This document shows positions 28,601-38,086 of a stretch of 64,000 bases of DNA, in pieces. The position numbers and the translations under genes were made by a program. Numbering within the stretch: position 1 is the first letter of the stretch; each line of letters begins with the position of its first letter. Under the pieces are notes generated by a model that saw only the letters and a list, made by a program, of their open reading frames with translations, was not told where the DNA came from and did no database searches. Source of the stretch: Lachnospiraceae bacterium (GTDB lineage Bacteria; Bacillota; Clostridia; Lachnospirales; Lachnospiraceae); NCBI GenBank assembly GCA_017397645.1, contig JAFQIE010000026.1:42941-106940 (forward strand). Reading direction: 5' to 3'.

Positions 28601-31600
28601 GAATTTTTCAGTGGTGATATTTTCAATGGGCGTTTTTATCTTGTGATTGAAATTCTCATCTACAATATAATCAATAAAGTCCGCTGTTACATTGATGCGG
28701 TAGATGACATCCTCACCATCTACATGCATTTCAATGGTACCGGGAATGGCGGAAGGAGCATTAACAATCACTTCTTTACCGCAATAACTGGTAGCTGTTA
28801 CAGTAGGCACCTGGGTGATGCCTTTGAATAGATCAATATCATAGGAGAGCGTACTTGCATTAAATGCGTCGTAAGGTTCCCCGTCGATGGTGACGGACTT
28901 AATCATCCAGTCTTCCATTGTTGCAACAGTCACGGTGAGTACCGCATACTCTTTATCGGAGGTTACCTTAATCTCCGCAGTACCGATACCGGTGGTGTAC
29001 AGTCTACCCTGATCGTCAACCTCCACAACGGAACCATCGGAAGTCTCCCAGATAAATCTTGCAGAATCTGCATTATAAGGTGAAATCTCCGGAAGCAATC
29101 TATTGGTGCCTGAAATATCAATATAACGGGCAACTTGCTCAAATATGCCTGCCGCCATATCCTTTGTGACGAATTCATCGGGGCGGAAGGTGTCCTCCTC
29201 AAGGTCCACCATCAAGCGGTAATTCGTCGCAATGTCTGCATAATCCTTTGCCCATGCAGGAATAGAATCTGCATCAGCAATACGATACAGTGCATTTGCA
29301 ATATTGTAGGTTTCATTGGAGTTCTTTGCCTGCAAAGCCTTCACAATGACATATGCCATCTGGGCTCTGGTTACTTGCTCATTTGCGCCAAACTCATGTA
29401 TTCCAAGACTCTCGTAGTTCTCAAAACCATAGAGGCGGGTTACCATTTGAGCCAATTCCCCATGGGTAATCTTCTTTTCCGGGTGGAACCATCCGTCCGC
29501 TTCTGCGCCCATGACACCGATGGCGGTCATCTGACGGGTTGCCTTTACTTCCTGTGCTGTATCCAAGTCTTCAAAAGCAGTTGCAGGAAGACTGTCCACA
29601 GCAATGGTATACTCTTCACGGTCGAACGTAACTTTCTTTACTTTTCTCTTTGCCCTTCCATAGAATACTGCGCTCTCATCGGCCTGACCCATACCATCGT
29701 GAACACTATCCGTTCCGCCATGGGTCAAATCCAGATTGATGTCATTGACAAAGCCTTGCGCCATTGCTTCCGCACAAAAAACAGCATAAAACTCAGGGGT
29801 GTCAAAACGCACATAGGGGGCGGAAGAGGATTTCACAAACAATCCCTTCTCCGGCTCATAGTACGCCGCTACAATATTGTCTGCCATTCTGCATGCCAGT
29901 TTAAAGTACTGCTCATGTCCGGTATATTTATATAACTTGATAACCGCTACGGTATCCTCGGGGCTCTTGTTGTTGGTCAGCAGATTGACATTGGGATTCT
30001 CGCCCATGGCAGTACCCAAATCGCCCAGGTCCACATTCCTGCCCCATGCACGTGCGGCCGCCCAAATTTCAGCTTCTACATCTGCATCCTCTGGCTTTAG
30101 GATACTGCACACATCAACGGTACTGATAAACGCTCCTTCCCATACAGACTCATTTTCTGCATAGGTAGCACCTTCATTCAGATAATATCCACCTCTTTGC
30201 GCAACCAACTGCTTGCCGCCTTTTCCTTCATTCAAGTCGGTACCATCGTTCAAAATCGGGGTCTTGAACAGATGATTGACAGGATCATAGATGTAGCGGG
30301 CACAAGAGAGCATGTTCTTCTTTACAAATTCATAAATCTTTTCATTTCCGGTATACCGGTAAATTTCCGTAAAGTTCTGAGGGCCATAGCCTGCAGTACA
30401 CTTCAAGGATGTACGGCGTACCAGAGAGTTCGCACCTGCAATTTTAAAATCATCCATGGTTGCCGTCTTAAAATCAAAACCGGATTTGGTCACGAAATCT
30501 GCACCGATGAACTGATACAGGAATCTGTCACCGCCGTATATATTGTCGTCGGTCAGGGAACCGTATTCTTCACCAATCAGCATAGTATCCGCATTACCTA
30601 CACCGATATATTTATCCAAAAGTCTCTCGCCCCAAACAGCATACTTGGGGTCCCCGGTCATCTCGGAAAGGAACCATGCCGCCTCCATCAAATCGTTACC
30701 TGTAGACATAAACGGGTGGAAGCTGGATGCCACATATGGGTCAGGATTGGTATACTCACTATCCCAAGCCTCCAAGATTGGTTTATCCCAAGTTGCATGA
30801 CGGTTCATGGTCAAAGCCGTCCAGTCATAAATATGTCCGTTCCAATAAGCGGTGATAAATCTCTTTGTTCCTTCAGGATCTGCCTTCCACATCAGTTCCC
30901 AGGGTACCTGGTAGTCCTTGGTTTCATGATACTGGCAGTTAACTTTACCCTGCATGACATCCACCAAACTGTGGCCGCCTGCGTATAACAAGCCGGAACT
31001 ATCCACCAAGCCCGGTGTATCATATCTGAATTTGATCTGCTCTAACGCAATTTCTGAATACTCGGGATTGCCCGTCATCAGTGACATTCCATCCAATGCT
31101 TTGAGAAAATTAAACTGTGCATATAGATTGGACTGATAGTATTCATTATTGGTGCCTTTGTTCCAAATGGTGGGTTCAAAAGTGTCAACATTTAATCCAT
31201 CCACGAACAAGTTGGGATACTTTGCGCCCTCAATATTACGCCCATACTTCAGTGCAGTATTGATGTGTCCCATCAGGGCATCCATTCTGGAACTGGGTCC
31301 ATGGACAACCACGTCATGGCTCATCATATACTCTCTGGACGTCTTGTCCGCCATGTCCACATAACCTGCTGCGGTACCAGCAGTCTTGCCTTCATAATAA
31401 CCATGATTCACATAGTGAGCGATAATAGCATTTGCATCATCACCATAAGCCGCCTTCACATCGGGATAACTTTCTGCATACACCCAAGGATCAAACAGTT
31501 TACCTTCGTCTCTGCCTTCATATAAACCGTGCGTCAAATAATGGTCCACATATCCATCCCAATTGTCGCCGTATGCAGCCTGCAAATCAGGGTATGCCTT

Positions 31601-32014
31601 TCTATATTCTTCGATATTTAAAATTTTATGTACCCAGTCACGGTCGGAGGGCAAATTTACTGCAGACGCTGTCGTCTGATGCCCTTGTATATTCGCCGTT
31701 TCGTCTGTCTTAGGCATTTCGTCTGCTACCACATCCGGGTCGGAAACTTCTTCCCGGATTTCCGAAAAGCTGCCTGCTTCGGATTCATCCACACCTTCGG
31801 GCGACTCCTCTGATACATCATCCACAGAAGCTTCTGCTTCGTCCAGGTACGACTCTAACTGCTCTAATTCCTCGCTGGTTAAATCAGATAAATCGGAAGG
31901 CACGGAAACTCCGGAAGGAATCTCTACCCCTTCAGGTACCTGACATGCAGTGAGAACCATGATTAAGGTCAGCGCCAATGCTAAAATACTAACCGGTTTC
32001 TTTGAACGTTTCAT
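25667..32014 (-). CDS. 2115-aa multidomain surface lipoprotein: YPDL-type repeats, PL2 pectate-lyase-like domain, SLH x3 inside an Ig (Big_2) domain, cadherin-like domain, four LamG-like beta-sandwich repeats with Pro/Thr linkers
   Basis: Lipobox LTAC (Cys24); SNLYAQFNFLKALDG..TG, GGH, HETK, MNRH, GNDL, GDR, RGGYY match PelW/PelY-type PL2; SLH motifs FHPEKKIT and FRPDEFVT; repeats ending Y(L/V/I)DN(L/V)K(V/I)Y. Confidence 0.8.
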   Translation of the reverse strand: MKRSKKPVSILALALTLIMVLTACQVPEGVEIPSGVSVPSDLSDLTSEELEQLESYLDEAEASVDDVSEESPEGVDESEAGSFSEIREEVSDPDVVADEMPKTDETANIQGHQTTASAVNLPSDRDWVHKILNIEEYRKAYPDLQAAYGDNWDGYVDHYLTHGLYEGRDEGKLFDPWVYAESYPDVKAAYGDDANAIIAHYVNHGYYEGKTAGTAAGYVDMADKTSREYMMSHDVVVHGPSSRMDALMGHINTALKYGRNIEGAKYPNLFVDGLNVDTFEPTIWNKGTNNEYYQSNLYAQFNFLKALDGMSLMTGNPEYSEIALEQIKFRYDTPGLVDSSGLLYAGGHSLVDVMQGKVNCQYHETKDYQVPWELMWKADPEGTKRFITAYWNGHIYDWTALTMNRHATWDKPILEAWDSEYTNPDPYVASSFHPFMSTGNDLMEAAWFLSEMTGDPKYAVWGERLLDKYIGVGNADTMLIGEEYGSLTDDNIYGGDRFLYQFIGADFVTKSGFDFKTATMDDFKIAGANSLVRRTSLKCTAGYGPQNFTEIYRYTGNEKIYEFVKKNMLSCARYIYDPVNHLFKTPILNDGTDLNEGKGGKQLVAQRGGYYLNEGATYAENESVWEGAFISTVDVCSILKPEDADVEAEIWAAARAWGRNVDLGDLGTAMGENPNVNLLTNNKSPEDTVAVIKLYKYTGHEQYFKLACRMADNIVAAYYEPEKGLFVKSSSAPYVRFDTPEFYAVFCAEAMAQGFVNDINLDLTHGGTDSVHDGMGQADESAVFYGRAKRKVKKVTFDREEYTIAVDSLPATAFEDLDTAQEVKATRQMTAIGVMGAEADGWFHPEKKITHGELAQMVTRLYGFENYESLGIHEFGANEQVTRAQMAYVIVKALQAKNSNETYNIANALYRIADADSIPAWAKDYADIATNYRLMVDLEEDTFRPDEFVTKDMAAGIFEQVARYIDISGTNRLLPEISPYNADSARFIWETSDGSVVEVDDQGRLYTTGIGTAEIKVTSDKEYAVLTVTVATMEDWMIKSVTIDGEPYDAFNASTLSYDIDLFKGITQVPTVTATSYCGKEVIVNAPSAIPGTIEMHVDGEDVIYRINVTADFIDYIVDENFNHKIKTPIENITTEKFNWYINGITEKYREDWKVIPKNWVRPDYEGYGCMRFPYVKKYNLDGKLYLYLDEDQIQTVGPEADDLLMVIEMEIAVKNMQGKANGFDIFISRRPENSQYHSAARVKITEDYRILRKINNDSHDKNTQKIVADSEFVTLTFVIDKKQRTFNYYYNGDLLQKDIAFFHGNNVPNIGAIYIGTPNEAQETNAEMFMDNLKIYQLTHAAYQEMMSQEVLPPPTPKPEWLTYPIDENYDSYTVGTTLMNTGKDHYEGSIAEGLYRTFSQVVDKTVIDPTADVSDKCMEFTYNPAVDYAGNFRLVLESSVIHELGSGQENKNIVVEMDVAVGGEDDKPAGYRISLSQKTGGGYQSVCRFLLTDSEFSRYASANDLVDPTLRTEVEKGKFVHLKMVMNKQTKQYSYYVNDVLVEKGVTALYPNTPNFGTVLFTANVEDESVQDTKLYLDNLKVYIEEPKEEPAPRPTNVPVPTATPAPTATPDPYPVNETYDGYAVGTLFADTSTTKYEAKVAEGAYKANVRVVAKTEVDPNAQADDHCLEFVHNTNIETNAFINLSVENTFTYGEDYIGERYIVTEMDLAVKGQEVKTGGYRIYFSQRRGGGYRSVGRFQLNDTDLARFVSSNVLNDAGKRPTVTKGEFGTLKFVVDKQTKEYTYYWNGVVIESGLAALFADTPNFGAILFQLPTEAAEGVDTRLYVDNVKVYEAAALPVAPTQAPVATSTPAPATAAPATPVPTAEPTAAPTQDPYLVNMNFDSAALDTGLNALTGTNWYGKLACGNYKRYSKVVAKTTVDANAAATDYCMEFTPVTSVNVVDNPKDTTIRDLNFSLMLNAGKEISIGSPVTDGKYAVVELDLAIKGEGVKTTGYGVYLNSTSNYSVARFMVSDDGIGRVNTGSSGAIELTTPYTKGSFTHLKVVVDRETKQFTYFINGNQIETEVNALYANESSVLGHIRFRINSETLAEGATQDLDTKFYIDNVKIYVTD

Positions 32015-34827
32015 GCTGTTTTGTCCTCCTCACGTAATAGATTTAATAACAACTGGATGGCCACAGGATCACGGCGCAATCCGTATACTTCTTTTTCATC
32101 GCCACATAGGCGTCCCTCAAACATCATCTGCGAGATGATCAGTTCACCCTTGGGCAGAGTAAGCTGTACCATAGGTACCCTCGCCAAAAACTTGCCGGCA
32201 ACTATGAGCGGCGTATATTTCACTTGCTTACCTTTGAGCTCCATATACAATTGGTGGAGATCCTCCACCTTCGCCTTCAGTTCTCCCGCTCTCTCAGCAA
32301 TGGCAGGCGCATCATCCACAATATGGTGTGCCTGCTTCATGAGTTTGGCCTCGGTCTGTTCGTTCTCGCTTTTCGCGAACTCATAAATGCCGATACAGCT
32401 GTAGGCGAAATAACTGCCCGCTTTTATTCTCTCTATATCTGCGCCGCGGGATTTCCAAAGTTCCAAAAAAGCGTCTCCGCTGGCATTTTCAATATTCATC
32501 TCCACCGCCGGGACGATGAGTCCGCCCCGCTGCCCATTCCACAGCCATGTGGTCTTGTCCGGAATATTCTTCCACAGATCATCCCGTCTATCTGCAGGGT
32601 GGACATGACTTTCCCCTTCTATAACAGGTAAAAATACAGCCCTTATATCCTCCGGTAATTCCCATTCTTCCAAAGCTCCCAGGGAATACTTTGCGGTGAC
32701 CGCAAAAGTTGTGTCCGTCTTGGCATTGGCGATTTGAGGCCCTGCGCCAAGCAATATCACTTTTTTACCTTTTTGTGTCTGCTCAAGGAGACGTGCTCTT
32801 TTTTCTGACACATTTGTCACTTTCAACCCCAAGATAACATCTGCTTTGTCCAAATCATGGGTGTAGGGAATATTATATTCCCGACAAAAGTTTATGCACT
32901 CTTTTTCTTCCGGCAGTAAACCAACCGTTTGATTACAGGGCGCGCATGTAACAGACATCACATTTACGTCCCACACGGACTCTGCCTTGCCGCATTTTGC
33001 ATACATCCCATACCCGCCCCGGCAGTCGGGCATCTTGTAAGGCACTTTATGCATTACCTGCGAATACGCAGGCACTTCGCACTGCAATATATATTGGTAT
33101 TGGGATTCTCCATCGCACCCTTCTGCCATGCAACCTCGGGCACCATCTTTATGGATACCGCAAACCACTTCCACCTTTGTAGGGGTACCTGTATCGTTAA
33201 ACACATGAATGGGCACTTCTACCTGCTGTCCGGGAGTAAAGTTTCTGTCCCAGATATTCATGCTGGCTGCAATGGGTTGATAAGATGCAGAAAGTGCATC
33301 CCAAACCGGTTTGGGGGTGGGATTTCTCAAATCACCAAAGAAATGGGTGTCTCCGTCTTCCGGACTACCCAACGCGCAGTAGGGAGAATATCCTGCCACG
33401 CCCAACCGTCGCCAATACTCGGCAACTCTCACATTTGCCATGGTCTGTAACCACAAGGTATCTTCCTTGGTTCTATCTTTGCCTAAAAACCGTTCGAAGC
33501 ATTCCGAAACATTGGGATACAACCCTTCGTTTCCCTCCTGGTCGATATAATTGCCACCGAATTCATCTGCCAGCACAGGTTTATCAAAATCTTCCGGGCC
33601 ATCATAATAAAGGCCGAGATTTTCAAACAGGCTCCACCAATAAGCGTGAATATGAATAACATCGTGGTGGGAAACTACCAATTCAGGATAGCGGTCCTTG
33701 ATTCTCCGGGATACCCGCAAACCATATTCTGTCTTTTTCGCGTTCACCTCATTCCAGGGATGGAACACACACACGCTGGGATGCTTTGCCGCCACTGCCG
33801 CCCAAGTAAGCCACTGTGCTGCCATATTCTCTTCTTCCGCATCCAACTCGTGGAAAAAGCACCATTCCGCCTGTACCATCAATCCGTATCTATCGCACAA
33901 ATCCAAAAGTCTCTCCGGCGGCAAGCACAAATGGAAACGTAAGGTATTGGCACCCAAAGCCATCATCCGCTTCACAATATGCTCTTCAAACCACGCTTCG
34001 TCGAAAGCCACATCCGCGGCTTCCTTCTGACGTAAAAATCTCCCCCAGACCACGGTACTCATCCGCATGGTCACAGGTTCGTCATTTAACTTAAACTTCT
34101 TACTATCAATTTCAAAATATTTCAATCCGGCAGATTGGACAATCCTCTCTCCGTCAGCAACACATTCCAGCTCATACAATTTGGGATTCTGTCCACTCCA
34201 CAGTTCGTGTGCGCCGGCCAAAGTCATGGAAATCTCGTCACGGTCCGAGGTGCTCACACACTCACCTATCACCCTGCCGCCATCCAACAGGCGGAAAGTA
34301 ACCGGTAATTCTACATCATCAAAAAGCTGTGTTCTATATCGAATCACCAGGGTATCATCTTCCTTGTGATAGATGGGCACAATTTCGTCCACCCGCACAT
34401 CGCCGTGAACTCTCAAGACGACATCATCCCACAAGTGAGAAGAAAGATTACTGCGCCATAAATCTGCTTCAGAAACCACCGACGCATCCGTCCGGGGGAC
34501 CTTATCCAAAGGAGTAAGGCAGATTTCAATGGTTATCGTGTTACCCGGCCGCACCGCTTCATGCGCAAGCAGATGATGGGTCAGAGTCATGCCTCCCACA
34601 GCCTGTGACACCTTTTCCCCGTTCACATACACTTCCGGATAAAACCGGGCCCCCTTCAAATCCAAGGTTGCCCATTTCCAGTTTCCATCCGGTAACGCGA
34701 TATCCCTTCTATACCATACATACCCTTCGTTTATTTCATTTGCAGGAAAAGGAAGGCCCGGCACCTGTGCCACACCTTCATAATTCCGATCTATTCCGAT
34801 TTCCCACTGTCCGTTCAGACAAATCAT
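32011..34827 (-). CDS. glycoside hydrolase family 2-like protein
   Basis: LNGQW, WYRR, VYVNGE, W..QNPKLY, GANTLRFH, HPSV..FHPWNE, LADEFGG. Confidence 0.85.
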   Translation of the reverse strand: MICLNGQWEIGIDRNYEGVAQVPGLPFPANEINEGYVWYRRDIALPDGNWKWATLDLKGARFYPEVYVNGEKVSQAVGGMTLTHHLLAHEAVRPGNTITIEICLTPLDKVPRTDASVVSEADLWRSNLSSHLWDDVVLRVHGDVRVDEIVPIYHKEDDTLVIRYRTQLFDDVELPVTFRLLDGGRVIGECVSTSDRDEISMTLAGAHELWSGQNPKLYELECVADGERIVQSAGLKYFEIDSKKFKLNDEPVTMRMSTVVWGRFLRQKEAADVAFDEAWFEEHIVKRMMALGANTLRFHLCLPPERLLDLCDRYGLMVQAEWCFFHELDAEEENMAAQWLTWAAVAAKHPSVCVFHPWNEVNAKKTEYGLRVSRRIKDRYPELVVSHHDVIHIHAYWWSLFENLGLYYDGPEDFDKPVLADEFGGNYIDQEGNEGLYPNVSECFERFLGKDRTKEDTLWLQTMANVRVAEYWRRLGVAGYSPYCALGSPEDGDTHFFGDLRNPTPKPVWDALSASYQPIAASMNIWDRNFTPGQQVEVPIHVFNDTGTPTKVEVVCGIHKDGARGCMAEGCDGESQYQYILQCEVPAYSQVMHKVPYKMPDCRGGYGMYAKCGKAESVWDVNVMSVTCAPCNQTVGLLPEEKECINFCREYNIPYTHDLDKADVILGLKVTNVSEKRARLLEQTQKGKKVILLGAGPQIANAKTDTTFAVTAKYSLGALEEWELPEDIRAVFLPVIEGESHVHPADRRDDLWKNIPDKTTWLWNGQRGGLIVPAVEMNIENASGDAFLELWKSRGADIERIKAGSYFAYSCIGIYEFAKSENEQTEAKLMKQAHHIVDDAPAIAERAGELKAKVEDLHQLYMELKGKQVKYTPLIVAGKFLARVPMVQLTLPKGELIISQMMFEGRLCGDEKEVYGLRRDPVAIQLLLNLLREEDKTA

Positions 34828-34996
34828 ATCGTAACCTCTGCCTTCTTGCTATCATATAACGTCAATTCTATAACAATCTTGACATCGTCTGAAAAGAAAA
34901 CTATAATTTGCTTATATCTATTATATATTGTAGTGTCAGGGACTGTAAATATAATTATTTTTCCCAAAATATAAGAATATCAACATGGAGGGACCA

Positions 34997-35887
34997 ATGG
35001 GTGACCAAATGGATTTCCAAAAATTTCAACATATCATAAATACGACTTCTGACGCTTATTACCCGTTGTTGCTACCCACATTGACCTCCCTCCCCTTTTA
35101 TATCGTCTCCATCGGTATTCAACGTGAGGAGGGCAAAATCAATCATCCGGGTCTTATGTATCAGGAGGAGGATGCGCAAATGGTGCGTCCGGAAGCCTTT
35201 TCCAATTACCACATTTTGTATTCTGCCAGCGGCTTAGGCGAGGCAGTCGTCAATGGTCAAAAAACCCTTGTCCCACCGGGAAGTTTTATCTTTTCTACAC
35301 CCGAAAACGCCCGTTCCTATGAGCCCGTAGAAAGTCCATGGTGTACCAAATGGATTTCTTTTAACGGATATGCGCTGGAGAAACTACTACCCTTCAAGGG
35401 TGGCGTTTACTCTTTATCCGATCCGGAAATCTTCGAGCAATACTTCTCTGCCATTTTCAACGCTCCCAAAAATCAGACATGGATGCAGGTATCCTCGTCG
35501 CATTTATACCGCTTTCTGCTGGAATTAATCTCTACTACATTCACACCCGCTCCCACGGACAAAACCAGAAAGCAAGTGAGAGCTGTGCAAAATTACCTGA
35601 ATACACATTTTCACGAGGAACTCAGTTTGGGGGACATGGCTAATTTGGCCGGTATATCAGAAACTCATTTATGCCGTTTGTTTCAGGAGGTATTACAGGT
35701 AAGACCCTTTGAATACCTCACGCACCTTCGTATCCAAAAAGCCAAGGAATTACTCCAAAAATATCCCACCTTGCATACCGCCGAGGTGGCACACATGGTG
35801 GGATATAAATCACCTAGTTATTTTACCATGTTATTCAAACAGGCAGAGGGCATTACACCTTCCGGATTTCGCAACATGCAACCATAA
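34997..35887 (+). CDS. AraC family transcriptional regulator
   Basis: C-terminal double HTH (LCRLF...RIQKAKELL...VGYKSPSYF..LFK...GITPSGFR); divergent from the GH2 operon. Confidence 0.92.
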   Translation: MGDQMDFQKFQHIINTTSDAYYPLLLPTLTSLPFYIVSIGIQREEGKINHPGLMYQEEDAQMVRPEAFSNYHILYSASGLGEAVVNGQKTLVPPGSFIFSTPENARSYEPVESPWCTKWISFNGYALEKLLPFKGGVYSLSDPEIFEQYFSAIFNAPKNQTWMQVSSSHLYRFLLELISTTFTPAPTDKTRKQVRAVQNYLNTHFHEELSLGDMANLAGISETHLCRLFQEVLQVRPFEYLTHLRIQKAKELLQKYPTLHTAEVAHMVGYKSPSYFTMLFKQAEGITPSGFRNMQP

Positions 35888-35927
35888 AACAAAAAAGTTC
35901 CGATCTAAAACCGGAACTTTTTTGTTT
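35887..35927. terminator. bidirectional intrinsic terminator
   Basis: AAACAAAAAAGTTCCG...CGGAACTTTTTTGTTT between convergent genes. Confidence 0.85.
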
Positions 35928-35929
35928 GC

Positions 35930-37123
35930 TTATCTTGCCACGCCTTCCATAGCCTTGGATTCAGGGATGAATACGGGCATTCCGCTTTCCTCGGACTCTG
36001 CGGCTGCAATTGCAATCACCGCAGAATCACGAGCCCCCTTAATACCATACATACCAATCTCATTTTTCAAAATATGCTGAGCAAAGGCTTCAATAATGGC
36101 ATCGTCTCCGCCGCCATGACCACCGGTCTGTTTCTCAGGATAATAGTACACAGGCTCATCCTCATGACGTTTCCATACCATAATTTTGAAATTTTGCTCA
36201 TTATCGTAAAATGCAGTAAGTTTTCCTTTATCACCTACAAACATAAACTCTCTGGTATACTCCGGTGTAAAATGGCATTCCATATAGGACATGCGGGCAC
36301 CGTTGTCGTAGTCCACGATAACCAAACTGTTGTCAGGCACATCACACTCTACGGAGTACACACATTTGTCGCCCATAACCTTCTTTACCCTCTGGCCATA
36401 GTCCATATAGAAATCTCGTTTTGTTCTCTGATAAGGGCAGTCTTTCTCACAATCCTTGCAATACTTATCATCGGATTCCCAGCCACCGAACACATCCAAA
36501 CCGCCACTACAATATACCTTCACAGGGGAAGCATCCATAATCCAGTTTGCCAAATCGATGGAGTGGGTGCCTTTCTCCAAAATCAGACTCTTTATGTACT
36601 CTTTTTTCTTTCTGTCGCTATGATAGTAGAAGTTACCACCTACGGAAACATTATCTACCACAGTTGCAATCTTGATGGAGCCGATATCTCCGCGCTCTAC
36701 AATCGCCTTTACGTCCTTCATAAGACTGCAGTATCTTAATTCCAAGCCCACCATCATAACCGTGTCTGTGCCATACCAGGCATCCACAATCCTGTCGCAA
36801 TCCTCAATGGTCTGTGCCATAGGCTTCTCCAGATACAAATGCTTCTTTGCCGCCAAAACCTTAGTGGCTACTTCCGCGTGGGTTTTGTCATTGGTTGCTA
36901 CTACTACCGCGTCTAGGTCGGGATGCTTTAAAAACTCATCCACATCCGTATATCCTGTGACATGGTCACCAAATTTTTTCAATGCATCGTCCACTGCATC
37001 CTGCATGATGTCACACACGCACACCAGGTTGAAGTAGCCCATTTTCATGAAGTTATCGCCTCCGAAGTATGCACCTCTGGGACCCAAGCCAATGATACCC
37101 AAATTAATCTTTCCGTCTTTCAT
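35930..37123 (-). CDS. Gfo/Idh/MocA family oxidoreductase
   Basis: GIIGLGPRG, HLYLEKP, LEKGTHSID, GGHGGGD; start MKDGK after GAGGAGG. Confidence 0.92.
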   Translation of the reverse strand: MKDGKINLGIIGLGPRGAYFGGDNFMKMGYFNLVCVCDIMQDAVDDALKKFGDHVTGYTDVDEFLKHPDLDAVVVATNDKTHAEVATKVLAAKKHLYLEKPMAQTIEDCDRIVDAWYGTDTVMMVGLELRYCSLMKDVKAIVERGDIGSIKIATVVDNVSVGGNFYYHSDRKKKEYIKSLILEKGTHSIDLANWIMDASPVKVYCSGGLDVFGGWESDDKYCKDCEKDCPYQRTKRDFYMDYGQRVKKVMGDKCVYSVECDVPDNSLVIVDYDNGARMSYMECHFTPEYTREFMFVGDKGKLTAFYDNEQNFKIMVWKRHEDEPVYYYPEKQTGGHGGGDDAIIEAFAQHILKNEIGMYGIKGARDSAVIAIAAAESEESGMPVFIPESKAMEGVAR

Positions 37124-37258
37124 CGCAAGTAACCTCCTCAATTGGTTATTGACTTATTTCTGCCTTTATTATAACTTTTATATTAGGATAAAGCAAGTAA
37201 GCGATTTGCTGAATATTAACAATATATTGCTATGTGGCATTGTGGAGCGCGTACAACC

Positions 37259-38086
37259 ATGAAAAGAATATTCTTTGAATCCCATGATATGAAAGACAGA
37301 ATACATATTTATCACCACACTGTCTTGAAGAAAAAGCCGGCCGACTACGTGGTGGGTTTTAATTGGCATGAAAACATCGAGATTCTCTGCATTGCAGATG
37401 GTGCAGGATATGTGCTGTGCAATGGTAATAAGCGCAAAGTCACCAAGGAAGATATTTTCGTCATTAACGCTCACGAACTCCATGGTATCACCACGGAGGA
37501 TACATTGGAATATCATTGTGTCATCGTGAAGTCCGACTTTCTTGCTGCCAATGGGGTGCACACTCCCGAACTTCACTTCCCTAACCTAATTCAAAGTAAA
37601 GAACTTTTTTCTTTATATATGAATGTGGTGCAGGAAATTACAACGGAATCCAAATATCGTGATTTGGGCATCCGTGCCCAAATACTGGAATTGTTTGTTT
37701 ATCTTATGAGGAATCATTTGACAGAATCTCATGTCCCCGCACAAGAACCCGGTGCGCTGGAAAGTATCAAGAAAAGCGTCATTTTCCTCCACAGGGAATA
37801 TGCCCGCAAGCTGACATTGGACGAGATAGCAGACGCGTCCGGTTTAAGTAAATATCATTTTTCCAGAGAATTCAAAAAGGCCACTGGTTCCACCGTGACC
37901 TCCTATTTAAATATGGTTCGTTGCCAACACGCCAAACTATTAATTGCAAGCGGGGAACATTCGGTCCACGATGCTGCAATCATGTGCGGATTTACAAATG
38001 ATTCTTTGTTTTCCAAGACTTTCCAAAATGTCATGGGATGCCTGCCGTCGAAGATTAAATCCAAACAGAGTTTTGCTATACACTAA
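37259..38086 (+). CDS. AraC family transcriptional regulator (cupin sensor)
   Basis: NWHENIEI cupin, SKYHFSREFK, CGF..DSLFSKTF. Confidence 0.9.
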   Translation: MKRIFFESHDMKDRIHIYHHTVLKKKPADYVVGFNWHENIEILCIADGAGYVLCNGNKRKVTKEDIFVINAHELHGITTEDTLEYHCVIVKSDFLAANGVHTPELHFPNLIQSKELFSLYMNVVQEITTESKYRDLGIRAQILELFVYLMRNHLTESHVPAQEPGALESIKKSVIFLHREYARKLTLDEIADASGLSKYHFSREFKKATGSTVTSYLNMVRCQHAKLLIASGEHSVHDAAIMCGFTNDSLFSKTFQNVMGCLPSKIKSKQSFAIH

